Shown here: in pieces, positions 9,529 to 18,110 of the stretch
Layout: the number at the start of each line of letters is the position of its first letter
How positions within the stretch are numbered: the first letter of the stretch is position 1
Assembly: GCF_028368995.1 (NCBI RefSeq)
Contig: NZ_JAQNDL010000003.1
Coordinates: 1,024,001 to 1,088,000 of the forward strand
Direction of reading: 5' to 3'
DNA from: Nannocystis bainbridge
GTDB taxonomy: Bacteria; Myxococcota_A; Polyangia; Nannocystales; Nannocystaceae
DNA length: 64,000 bases
Program-made: the position numbers and the translations under genes
Notes under the pieces: model-generated
Told to the model about the DNA's origin: nothing
The model's database searches: none
What the model saw: the letters and a program-made list of their open reading frames with translations, nothing else

Positions 9529-10326
9529 ATGCTCGCCGTCACCGGTCCGCCGCGCCGCCTCTACGCGCTCCGCTTCGGCTGGGAGCCGGTGCCCGAGGCC
9601 GTGTCGCTGCGCGGTGGCTCGAAGGATGTGTATTTATTCGAGCCGGTGACCGGCGCCGCGGTCGAGTACGACGACGGCTGGGTCCTGATCGACACCGGCC
9701 TCAACCCGGACATCCTGCGCGACCCGGCGCTGCGCGCCGCGCATTACGTCAAGGCGGCCGTCGGCTGCGTGCCCGAGGGCGATCCGCTGCTGCGCCAGAT
9801 CGACGCGGCCGGGCTGGCGCTCGCCGACCTCAAGGGCTGCGTGCTCTCGCATCTCCACTGCGATCACGGCGGCGGCTTGCGGCACCTCGAGGGCGGCCCG
9901 CCGATCGTGATTCAGGCCCGCGAGCACGCGTTCGCCATGGACGAGGCGACCCTCGAGCACTGCTATTTTAAGAGCGACTACGACCGCCCCGGGCTGCGCT
10001 GGCGGCTCATCGAAGGCGAGGTCGAGCTCGCCGCTGGTTTGCGCACGATCCCGACCTTCGGCCACACGCCCGGGCATCAATCGATCGCCGTCGAGCTGCC
10101 GGTCGGCGGCACCGTCGTGCTCGCCTGCGACGCCGCCGATCTGCGGCGCAACATCGACGCGCTGATCCCGTGCGGCGAGCTCACGCACCCGCACCTCGCC
10201 GCGGCCGCGGCGCGGTCGATCGAGCGCCTGCACGCGCTCGATCGCCAGCCTCGCACCGAGGTCTGGCCCGGCCACGATCCCGACTTCTGGGCCACACGCC
10301 TGGCGCCGCCGGCGGCCTACGGCTGA
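9529..10326 (+). CDS. N-acyl homoserine lactonase family metallo-beta-lactamase-fold hydrolase
   Basis: LIDTG, SHLHCDHGG, GHTPGH, ACDAA and PGHD motifs as in AiiA/AttM-like enzymes. Confidence 0.82.
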   Translation: MLAVTGPPRRLYALRFGWEPVPEAVSLRGGSKDVYLFEPVTGAAVEYDDGWVLIDTGLNPDILRDPALRAAHYVKAAVGCVPEGDPLLRQIDAAGLALADLKGCVLSHLHCDHGGGLRHLEGGPPIVIQAREHAFAMDEATLEHCYFKSDYDRPGLRWRLIEGEVELAAGLRTIPTFGHTPGHQSIAVELPVGGTVVLACDAADLRRNIDALIPCGELTHPHLAAAAARSIERLHALDRQPRTEVWPGHDPDFWATRLAPPAAYG

Positions 10327-10346
10327 CGCGCGCCTTCGCTGGGGCC

Positions 10347-10360
10347 TGTCTCTGGGGACA
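10347..10360. repeat. 14-bp palindrome unit TGTCTCTGGGGACA
   Basis: One mismatch to TGTCC-N4-GGACA, GCC/GGC flanks, between convergent genes. Confidence 0.7.
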
Positions 10361-10372
10361 GGCGGTCGCGGC

Positions 10373-11743
10373 TCAGCCGTCGCCGAGGCGCTGGCGGACG
10401 TCCTGGGCGTAACGGCTGCGGGGGAAGCGGCGCAAGAACTCGGCGCCGGCCTGGGCGGCCTGGGTGGCGCGACCGAGGCGGTGCAGCGCCTCGACGCGGC
10501 CGTGCAGGGCCTCCTCCGCGAGGGCGCCCTGCGGGGCGTCGCGCAGGTAGGCGTCGAACGCCGACAGCGCGCCGCGTGGATCGCCGAGCGGGCCGAGCGA
10601 CAGCTGGCCGAGCGTGACCTGGGCGGTGCGGGCCAGCGAGGTGTCGCCGTGCTCACGCAGCAGACGGCGGTAGATGCGGGCGGCCGCGCGGTAGTTGCCG
10701 GCGCCGCGCAGCGCGTGGGCCTCGTCGATGAGCTGCCCGGGGTCGCTGGCCGGGCGCGCTTTGGCCGGAGCGCTGCGCTCGGCGGCGGCGGGGACCGCCC
10801 GGGCCAGCGAGTCGGCCGTCTCGCCCTCGGCGAGCAGGCGTTCGCCGTCGGGGCCGTGCAGGCGATGGGTGCCGTGGACCGCGGTGATCCGCCAGCGCTC
10901 GGGCTCCGCGATCACTCGCAGGGCGCCCGGCCCGTCGCTGACGATCGCCACGCCGGCGACCTCGATCCACACCACGCCGACGGCCGCCGGCGTGACCTCG
11001 ACGTGCAGGTCGCCGCGCTCGACCGCGAGGACGGCCCCGCGCACCCGCAGCTCGGCCTCGCCCGCGGCGCAGGCGGTGAACAGGTCAGTTGCGCCGACGC
11101 AGGCGGCGTCGTCGAGGCGCAGCGGGCCGTCGGCGAGCGGCTGGTGGAGGGCGAGCGGAGCCTGGCCGTCGCTGCCGCCGCCGCCGCCGCGGAGCAGGCG
11201 CAGCTCGGCGGGCATGTCCTTCGAGACAGGCGCTTCGGCTCGACCGGGGCTGTCCTTCGGGGCATGGGCGACGAGGTCGAGCGCGGTTCTGTCCTTTGGG
11301 ACAGGTGGTTCGAGGTCGAGCTTCGCGCCGGGCGCGACCTGGGCGGCGCGCGATGACATGTCCTCGGGGACATGTCCGAAAGGACGGATGATCAGCAGCC
11401 ACGCGGCGGCCGCGGCGAAGGCGACGCCGAGGCCGATGCCGAGGGCCGAGCGCCGGCCGGGGCCCGACGCGGCCGGGTGGCCGGCGAGGAAGCGGTCGAC
11501 CGCGCCGGCGACGATGGCGTCGTCGGCGGCGGTGACTTCGGGCTCGCCGCGGCGGAGCTCGTCGAGCAGCTCGCGCTCGCGTCGGGTCGCCGCCCCGTCG
11601 CCGCGGTGGGCCGCGAGGAAGGCGGCGTCGTCGGCCGCGAGCGGGTCGCCGGCGAGGGACGCGTCGACGAGTCGGCGCCAGCGTCGGTCCGCGGAGGTGT
11701 CGTCGATTGCTTCGGGTTCGTGGTGCATGGGAGGCTCCGTCAC
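10373..11743 (-). CDS. Putative anti-sigma factor (single TM, FecR-like beta domain, C-terminal TPR)
   Basis: Overlaps the ECF stop by 4 nt. TM LGIGLGVAFAAAAAWLLII. C-terminal TPR ending FLRRFPRSRYA. Confidence 0.78.
   Translation of the reverse strand: MTEPPMHHEPEAIDDTSADRRWRRLVDASLAGDPLAADDAAFLAAHRGDGAATRRERELLDELRRGEPEVTAADDAIVAGAVDRFLAGHPAASGPGRRSALGIGLGVAFAAAAAWLLIIRPFGHVPEDMSSRAAQVAPGAKLDLEPPVPKDRTALDLVAHAPKDSPGRAEAPVSKDMPAELRLLRGGGGGSDGQAPLALHQPLADGPLRLDDAACVGATDLFTACAAGEAELRVRGAVLAVERGDLHVEVTPAAVGVVWIEVAGVAIVSDGPGALRVIAEPERWRITAVHGTHRLHGPDGERLLAEGETADSLARAVPAAAERSAPAKARPASDPGQLIDEAHALRGAGNYRAAARIYRRLLREHGDTSLARTAQVTLGQLSLGPLGDPRGALSAFDAYLRDAPQGALAEEALHGRVEALHRLGRATQAAQAGAEFLRRFPRSRYAQDVRQRLGDG
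11215..11386. repeat. Five 14-bp palindrome units inside the anti-sigma linker
   Basis: Units at 11215, 11251, 11290 (perfect), 11359 (perfect) and 11373. Confidence 0.8.
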
Positions 11744-12366
11744 GGGGCCGGACGGCCGAGGTTGAGGTCGCGGCGGATGAGCTTGCGGAGGGTCTCTTCG
11801 GCCTTGAGGACCCGCGACTTGACGGTGGGCACCGGGGCTCCGGTCAGCTCGGCGATCTCGGGCAAGGTGTGGTCGAGCGCGTGGCGGAGCACGAGGGCGA
11901 TCCGCTGGGGCTCGGGGAGGAGGGCGAGGTAGTCGGCGACGGCCCGCGGGATGTGCTCGCGCAGGTCGTCACCGGGTTCGAGGGGCTCGTTGCCGGGGTC
12001 GTCCTCGTCGTGGCTGACGAGCGCGAGCCGACGCCCGCGCTTCAGCCAGCGGAGGGTGACGCGCACGGTGATCCGGCGCGCCCACGCCTCGAGCGGGCCC
12101 TGGCCGGCGTAGGTGCGGGCCGACTCGAGCAGCTCGACGAGGGCGGTCTGGGAGAGGTCGTCGGCGTCGCTGCCGGCGCCGAGCAGCGCCCGGGTGACGC
12201 GCCGCGCGACCGGGAGCAGCCGGCGAGCGAAGGTGGTGGCGGCCTGGCGATCGCCGGCGGAGGTGGCCCGCGCGAGGGCCCGGGCCTCGGCGTGCTCGGC
12301 GGTCCCGTCGGACGGAGCATCCGCGGCGACGGCGACGAGCGCAGGTGCGGGGGCCTTGGCGAGCAA
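11740..12366 (-). CDS. ECF RNA polymerase sigma factor
   Basis: Region 2 DADDLSQTAL...LEAWARRI. Region 4 LPEPQRIALVL...EIAELTGAPVPTVKSRV. Confidence 0.92.
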   Translation of the reverse strand: MLAKAPAPALVAVAADAPSDGTAEHAEARALARATSAGDRQAATTFARRLLPVARRVTRALLGAGSDADDLSQTALVELLESARTYAGQGPLEAWARRITVRVTLRWLKRGRRLALVSHDEDDPGNEPLEPGDDLREHIPRAVADYLALLPEPQRIALVLRHALDHTLPEIAELTGAPVPTVKSRVLKAEETLRKLIRRDLNLGRPAP

Positions 12367-12377
12367 TCAGCGGTAGG

Positions 12378-12410
12378 GTGGCGCGACCGCCGGGCGGCGG
12401 ATGAAAAAAA
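12378..12410 (-). promoter_or_regulatory. Candidate ECF promoter TTTTTTTCATCC-N14-GCGCCAC
   Basis: Identical bipartite motif and spacing at 17538-17570. Lies just upstream of the ECF start. Confidence 0.7.
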
Positions 12411-12431
12411 GCGACGGCACGGGCGCCGGGG

Positions 12432-12548
12432 AGCCCCGCGCGCCCCGGGGGCCTCGCTTCGTCGTCCTGGCGCCTCCAGGCGAAGCTCAGACTTGCCGAG
12501 CGCGGATAGCCCCGCGCCCCCGGGGGCCTCGCTGCGCCGCCCTAGCGC
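12432..12548. repeat. Imperfect ~42-bp direct repeat x2 (REP-like)
   Basis: AGCCCCGCGC(G)CCCCGGGGGCCTCGCT.CG.CG.CCT.GCGC at 12432-12473 and 12508-12548. Confidence 0.7.
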
Positions 12549-13645
12549 ACCCAGGTGAGGCCGAGGCCCGCGGTGGCGCCGAGGGTCGGCGGGCGCACGA
12601 GCGGGGTGGTGCCGACCGGGGTGCGGGCGACGAGGTCGAAGTTGCGCAGCCAGATGTCGAGGCCGGCCGCGAGGACGAGGGCGAAGCCGCGCCCGAGCTC
12701 GAAGCCGAGGCCGAGGGTAGGCGCGACGCCGAACCGCAGCCCCGCGCCCGCGCGCGCCTGCGAGCCGGCGGTCGGCCGCCACACCAGCGCCTCGCCGCGC
12801 CCGGCCAGGGCAGGCTCGACGAACACCCGCCGACGCGCCCCGAGCCCGATCCGATAGCCGAGCCGCACGCCGAAGCCGAGCCGGCCGAGCCGCAGGCGAG
12901 CGTCGTCGAAGCGCTGCCCGCCGAGCTCCGGGGTGAGCGCGGCGTGCAGCAGGCCAGCGCCGCCGACGGCGAACACGAGGCCGCGGCGGCCGAGCAAGCC
13001 GAGCTCGAGCCCGAGACCGCTGGCCCACGGCAGCTGCGCGGCGTAGCTCGAGCCGACGTACCCGAAGCCGAGCAGGAGCCGCACGGCAGGCGCAGGCGCG
13101 GGCTTCGGCGCGGGCGCGACGGGGGCCGGGGCAGGCTCCGGGGCCACGGGCGGCGGCGCCTCGACCGGCACGGCGAGCACCTCCATGTCGAGCGGCGCCT
13201 CGCGGGTCGCCAGCGAGGCGACGAGGCCGCGGATCACCACGCCGAGGATCTCCCGCGTCTCGAGCGGATCGTCGGGCGTGTCGAGGTGGCGCGTGTAGAG
13301 CCGCTCGGGCGCGCCGAGCAGCAAGTAGACGGCGCTGCCCTGCCCCGCGGCCTCGACCCACACGACCGCGCCGGCGCCCCCGGCCAGGCGCTCGCGGGCC
13401 CACACGAGTTGGTCGGCGAGCGCGGCCGCCGGGCGGACCTCGACCGCCGGGCCGACGCCGAGATCGGCGAGGTGACCGCGCAGGGCCTGGGCGACGGCGA
13501 CGGCGTCGATGCGGCCGGCCTCGATCACGCCGACGGCGATCTGCGGCGCCTCCGTGACCTCGGCGGCCGGGCCCGGGGCGCTCGCGGGCGACGGTTCGCC
13601 GACGACGAGCGCGAGGGCCAGAGGGACGGCGACCACAGGGGGCAA
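12542..13645 (-). CDS. Exported protein with Pro-rich linker and probable C-terminal beta-barrel
   Basis: Signal-like N-terminus, PAP linker, alternating Gly/hydrophobic strands ending GLGLTWVR. Confidence 0.65.
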   Translation of the reverse strand: MPPVVAVPLALALVVGEPSPASAPGPAAEVTEAPQIAVGVIEAGRIDAVAVAQALRGHLADLGVGPAVEVRPAAALADQLVWARERLAGGAGAVVWVEAAGQGSAVYLLLGAPERLYTRHLDTPDDPLETREILGVVIRGLVASLATREAPLDMEVLAVPVEAPPPVAPEPAPAPVAPAPKPAPAPAVRLLLGFGYVGSSYAAQLPWASGLGLELGLLGRRGLVFAVGGAGLLHAALTPELGGQRFDDARLRLGRLGFGVRLGYRIGLGARRRVFVEPALAGRGEALVWRPTAGSQARAGAGLRFGVAPTLGLGFELGRGFALVLAAGLDIWLRNFDLVARTPVGTTPLVRPPTLGATAGLGLTWVR

Positions 13646-13690
13646 GTTGTATCCCGCCCGGTCAGCGGGGACCAGCCGGGGCGCGGCGGG

Positions 13691-14101
13691 TCAGCACTCC
13701 AGGCAGGCGCCGACGACGGCGACGCCCTGCGGGTCGAGCTCGATGTTGTAGGACTCGGAGATCCCCCGCCACTCGGAGAGGCCGCCGCCGAGGTCGGTGG
13801 CGGCGTGATTCCAGCGATCGACGACGGCGGCATCGCTGGCGAGCTGGACCCACCAGGCGGCCCGCGCGGCGCTGGTGTTGGTGATCGTGAACTCGTAGCA
13901 GGAGCCGCTCTCCCAGTCGCTGGTGAGCAGGCGCGCGACAGTGAGCGCGGGGGCGGCTTCGACGACGACGAGGCCGCAGCGACCGTCAGCCGGCTCGCCG
14001 CCCGCGAGCTCGAAGACCTCGCCCTCGCCGCGACAGCCGAGCCCGAGCGCGAGGCCGAGCAGAGCGATGCGAGAGCGGCTACGAGAGCGAGCGGCGCGCA
14101 T
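13691..14101 (-). CDS. Small lipoprotein with CBM2-like (cellulose/chitin-binding) domain
   Basis: Lipobox LGC. SDWESGSCYEFTITNT...WWV...WN resembles the CBM2 Trp pattern. Confidence 0.65.
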   Translation of the reverse strand: MRAARSRSRSRIALLGLALGLGCRGEGEVFELAGGEPADGRCGLVVVEAAPALTVARLLTSDWESGSCYEFTITNTSAARAAWWVQLASDAAVVDRWNHAATDLGGGLSEWRGISESYNIELDPQGVAVVGACLEC

Positions 14102-14242
14102 GCCCTCTTCTAGCGGGCCAGCCGCGAGCAAGCAACGGCGCGCAGCCGCGCCGCACGACTCGATGCCGCACTCACGCATCACCACGATCGACGCAGCGCG
14201 ACGCCTCACTCGCGCCGCGCTGCGTCTCGCTCCCGCGCCGTC

Positions 14243-15970
14243 TCACTCCGCGCGGCGGACGAAGTGCTCGCTCGCGGCCAGCTGCACGTAGAACTCGCGC
14301 AGGCCGAGCTCGCCCTCCTGCAGGGCGGTGCGGGCCTCCTCGGCGAGGCAGTTCTCCTCGACGCCGTAGGCGAAGTTGGCGAGCAGGCCGCTGACGCAGT
14401 CGGTGGTCTGCGGCAGCTCGGCCAGCTTGCTCGCCATGTCGGTGAGGCCGTCGAAGGTGACGAGCGGCACCAGCTTCGAGTCGACCGCCTGGCCGGTGGC
14501 GTCGATCGTCAGCCCGTTCTCGTCGGCGCGGTAGCGGCCCGCTTGATCGAAGTGCTCGAAGCCGAAGCCGATCGGGTCGAAGTACTGATGACACGACTGG
14601 CAGGCGGGATCGCCGGCGTGGGCGACCTCGTAGCGCTCGCGGGTGGTCTGCGCGCCGGGCATCGGCGGATCGATGGCCGGGATGTTCATCGGCGGCGGGA
14701 TGTGCGGGCCGCACAGCAGGCGGTCGTAGACCAGCAGGCCGCGCTTGGTCGGCGACGAGCTGTCGGCGTGGGCCTGGCCCGCGAGCACCGAGCCCTGGGC
14801 CAACAGGCCGATGCCCCAGTCGTCCGGCCGCTCGACGACGACGCTCTCGCCGGCGATCTGGCCGAAGCCGTAGAACTGCGACAGCGTCGCGTCGAGCACC
14901 GTGAACGACGCCGTCAGCAGGGCCCGCACGTCGCCGTCCTGGGCGAACACCACCTCGTCGACGAAGCGCCGCGTCTCGTCGATCATGCGCATGCGGATGC
15001 CGTCGAACCCGGCGATGTCGATCTTCACCTTGCTCTCGACCTGCGGGTACTTGGCCCACTGGCGGAAGAACAGGTGCAGCACGCCCTTGCCGCGCGCGGT
15101 CGCCAGCAGCGCCTCGGCCTCGGCCATGCGCGCCTCCGGGGTCGCCAGCGCGCCCTGCTCGGCCTTCGCCAGCAGCTCCGGGCTCGGGGTGCTGCCGCCG
15201 TAGGTGTACGCGAGCGCGGTCGCGACCTCGTAGGGCGTCAGCGCGTGACCGCCGTCGACCGGCTCGCCGAGCTCGCTGCGGTACACGGCGTGCGGTGACT
15301 GGATCAGGCCGACGAGGGTCCACTTCAGCGCGATCGGGAACGCGACCTCGGCGGCGATGCCGGCGAAATGCGCCTCGTAGCGCCCGCGCTCGTCGCCGCT
15401 GAGCGGGCGGCGGAACAGCCGCTCGCCGTACTTGCCGATGAACTCGGCGGCGCAGGCCGAGTCGGGCTTCTGGGCCGCGCACGGCAAGATCGTCGACAGC
15501 ACCGCGGGCGCGGTGACGGCGTCGCCGACGGCCTCGGCGGTGGCGAGCCACTCCTTCGCGGTCTGGTCGCCGACCAGCAGCGTCGCGGCGTCGTTGGTGA
15601 ACCCGTGCTTCGACGCCGGATCGATGCCCAGCGCCACCCCGGACCACGTCGCCTCGATCTCGGGGAAGATGTCGCGCAGCGTGCTCTCGAGCTCGACCTG
15701 CGACAGGCGCCGCAGCACCCGCGCGCCCAGGCGCGACTGCTCGCAGCGGCCGGACGGGTTGATCGGCGGCGGATCGTCGCCGGTGTCGCTGGTGCCGGCG
15801 GTCGGATCGTCGCCGGTGGTCGGCACGCCCGCGGTGCCGCCGGTCTCGGTGTCGCTGCCGCCGGGGTCGGAGTCGGTGCCGGCGCCGCCGCCGCTGCTCG
15901 GACAACCTGTCCCGAAGGCCAGGCCGAGCGCGAGGTACAGATGTCGGGAGGAGAGGTCGATGCGTGTCAT
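14243..15970 (-). CDS. DUF1592/DUF1588-family lipoprotein with CxxCH motif
   Basis: LRRLSQVELESTLRD, RLFRRPL, SSPTKRG, CQSCH, DPIGFGFEHFD. ATGA overlap with the DUF1552 gene. Confidence 0.88.
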   Translation of the reverse strand: MTRIDLSSRHLYLALGLAFGTGCPSSGGGAGTDSDPGGSDTETGGTAGVPTTGDDPTAGTSDTGDDPPPINPSGRCEQSRLGARVLRRLSQVELESTLRDIFPEIEATWSGVALGIDPASKHGFTNDAATLLVGDQTAKEWLATAEAVGDAVTAPAVLSTILPCAAQKPDSACAAEFIGKYGERLFRRPLSGDERGRYEAHFAGIAAEVAFPIALKWTLVGLIQSPHAVYRSELGEPVDGGHALTPYEVATALAYTYGGSTPSPELLAKAEQGALATPEARMAEAEALLATARGKGVLHLFFRQWAKYPQVESKVKIDIAGFDGIRMRMIDETRRFVDEVVFAQDGDVRALLTASFTVLDATLSQFYGFGQIAGESVVVERPDDWGIGLLAQGSVLAGQAHADSSSPTKRGLLVYDRLLCGPHIPPPMNIPAIDPPMPGAQTTRERYEVAHAGDPACQSCHQYFDPIGFGFEHFDQAGRYRADENGLTIDATGQAVDSKLVPLVTFDGLTDMASKLAELPQTTDCVSGLLANFAYGVEENCLAEEARTALQEGELGLREFYVQLAASEHFVRRAE

Positions 15971-17337
15971 GCCTTGAGCTCCTGGATCGCAGAGACCGAC
16001 TGACCACCGATCGAGCCGAGCGGGACGTCCATCGCGTCGGCGAGGGTCGCGAGCATGTCGATGTGACTGCGATCGACCTGGACCACCCGCCGGGTCTTGA
16101 GGTAACCACCGCCGCCGCCGATCAGGATCGCCGGCAGGCTCGAGCTGACCGGCTGGCCGTCGATCCACACGTCCGAATGATCGGAGTTGTGATTGGCGCC
16201 GTCGGACACCTCGCTGCACACATAGACCAGGCTGTTGTCGAGCACCGTGCGCGTCGGGTCCTCGAGGTCGAGCGGGTCGGGCTGGTCGAGCACCGCCAGG
16301 AACTTGCTGGCGAGCCGCTCGAAGAACCACTTCTGGCACTGCGCGAACTCGGCCCGGCCGGCGCCGTCCCACGAGTGCGAGACCGGGTCGTGGTGCCCCT
16401 TGGCGATCCCCGGGCCGCCCTCGAAGCCGAAGTTGAGGCCGGCGTTGACCCACATGTTCTGCAGGGTGATGACCCGCGCCGAGCCGCACACGAAGGCGTG
16501 GGCGCTGGCCTCGAGGTGGGCGTCGAGGATCTTGCCGAAGAAGCTCTGGTTGAGCGGGTCGAGCCCGGCGACCGCCTCGACGGCCGGCAGCGCCGGCTTG
16601 CTGTCGCAGCTGACCATCGGCGGCGGCGGGCCCTCGCCCGAGGCCTTGGCCTTGAGGTTGCGGATGGCGTCGAGGTGCAGCGCGAGCTTGTTCTCCTCGC
16701 GCGTCAGCCCCGACACCACCCCCTGCATCGCCTCGATCTCGCCCTCGGTCAGGCCCAGTGTCGCCGCGCGGAACTTGTTCTCGTCGACGCCAGGCATCGG
16801 CATCGGCGCCGGACCGACGCCCTGGAACAGCTGCGTGACGGCCTCGACCGGGCTCTCGATCGGCCGCACCCACGAGCCGTGCTTGACGAGGTAACAGTCG
16901 CTGTAGAAGCCGGCCCCCTTGTCGTACGGGATGGCGCCGAGCACGTGCGGGGTGACGCCCATGCCGTCGGCGATCAGGTGATCGATCGAGTTGCTGCCCT
17001 CACCCTCGGCGAAGCCGGTCAAGGTGGCGCGGATGGCGACGTGGTTGGAGATCCCGCCGTTCATCGACAGGCCGCGGACGACGGCGACGCGGTCGCGGTA
17101 CGGCATGAGCGGGCTCAGCACGTTCGAGCCCTGCAGGAAGGTCTCGCCCTCGCCGTACGGCATCAGGTGCTCGGGCGGCATGCCGTGCGGCACGTAGAAG
17201 ATGAAGAGGCGCTTGGGCCGGTCGCCAGGGCCGGCGACGGCCAGACGGGACATCTTGGCCGCGAGCGGGGCGGCGATGCCGAGCCCCAGCGCCTGCAAAA
17301 AGGTGCGGCGCATCAGTCGTTGCTGCGATCGGTGCAT
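15967..17337 (-). CDS. DUF1552-family protein with Tat signal
   Basis: MRRTFLQALG twin-Arg signal, KRLFIFYVPHG, HHDPVSH, TVLDNSLV, SEVSDG. Confidence 0.88.
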   Translation of the reverse strand: MHRSQQRLMRRTFLQALGLGIAAPLAAKMSRLAVAGPGDRPKRLFIFYVPHGMPPEHLMPYGEGETFLQGSNVLSPLMPYRDRVAVVRGLSMNGGISNHVAIRATLTGFAEGEGSNSIDHLIADGMGVTPHVLGAIPYDKGAGFYSDCYLVKHGSWVRPIESPVEAVTQLFQGVGPAPMPMPGVDENKFRAATLGLTEGEIEAMQGVVSGLTREENKLALHLDAIRNLKAKASGEGPPPPMVSCDSKPALPAVEAVAGLDPLNQSFFGKILDAHLEASAHAFVCGSARVITLQNMWVNAGLNFGFEGGPGIAKGHHDPVSHSWDGAGRAEFAQCQKWFFERLASKFLAVLDQPDPLDLEDPTRTVLDNSLVYVCSEVSDGANHNSDHSDVWIDGQPVSSSLPAILIGGGGGYLKTRRVVQVDRSHIDMLATLADAMDVPLGSIGGQSVSAIQELKA

Positions 17338-17453
17338 GCGTTCCTCCGCGATGTTCGACAAGGAGAGTGACTGGAGATCGAGGCCCGGCAGGGCGGCATG
17401 GACGCGCGACCAGGCGCCGCCCGGCCGGCGCCGCAAGGTCGCCTCGAGTCAGC

Positions 17454-17495
17454 TGACTCGAGGGTCATGTCGTAAAGTTCATGTCGTAAAGTTCA
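17454..17495. repeat. Phased 14-bp array: TGACTCGAGGGTCA + (TGTCGTAAAGTTCA)x2
   Basis: Exact 14-bp tandem duplication with CATG junctions every 14 bp. Confidence 0.75.
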
Positions 17496-17537
17496 TGCTG
17501 CCCTGCCCGCGCGACCGGGCGACGCCTCTCTCCCCCT

Positions 17538-17570
17538 GTGGCGCAGGGGCGGCGAGGTGGATGAAAAAAA
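17538..17570 (-). promoter_or_regulatory. Candidate ECF promoter TTTTTTTCATCC-N14-GCGCCAC
   Basis: Second copy, about 200 nt upstream of the DUF1552 start, same strand as the operon. Confidence 0.7.
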
Positions 17571-18110
17571 TCGAAGGGCGAGACCGCGCCCGGGCCGCGC
17601 GGCCCCGCGCCAATTGCTGCGGCGAGCTCTGCCGTGGGCCGGAGGAGCGCGAGCCAGGCGCGACGCTCGAGCGGCCGCATCGGCGAGCGAGAACCTGCGT
17701 GCTGCATCGGCAAAAGCCGAGCCTCCGCACCGCATCGGCTCGACTGCCTGCGGCTCGACGTCGAGCCGCGCGTCACTGGCACGACCCCCGAGATCATCAC
17801 CCTCATCGAGACCGCTCGACCTCGTTGACCGACTTACCCGAGCGCGCGCCCGGCGTCGGACCGCGCCCGCACCTCGCGATGCGACGAGCGGCTCTCGTCC
17901 ATTCGTAGGAGCCGCCGCCGAACGCCCTGCCCGACCCGCTCGACGCGCGCTATGGCGTATGACCATTGCCCGCTGCGTCCAGGGGACCCGGAGCGCCGAG
18001 CATTCGGCCTCGCATCAACAAGCCGCGCCAGCTGCGAGCAGGCGCAGCTTGAGAGCAAGCACCCGGCCGCAGCGGCCGGCGCGAATCACCGAGGACGCGC
18101 CTCTCCCGTG

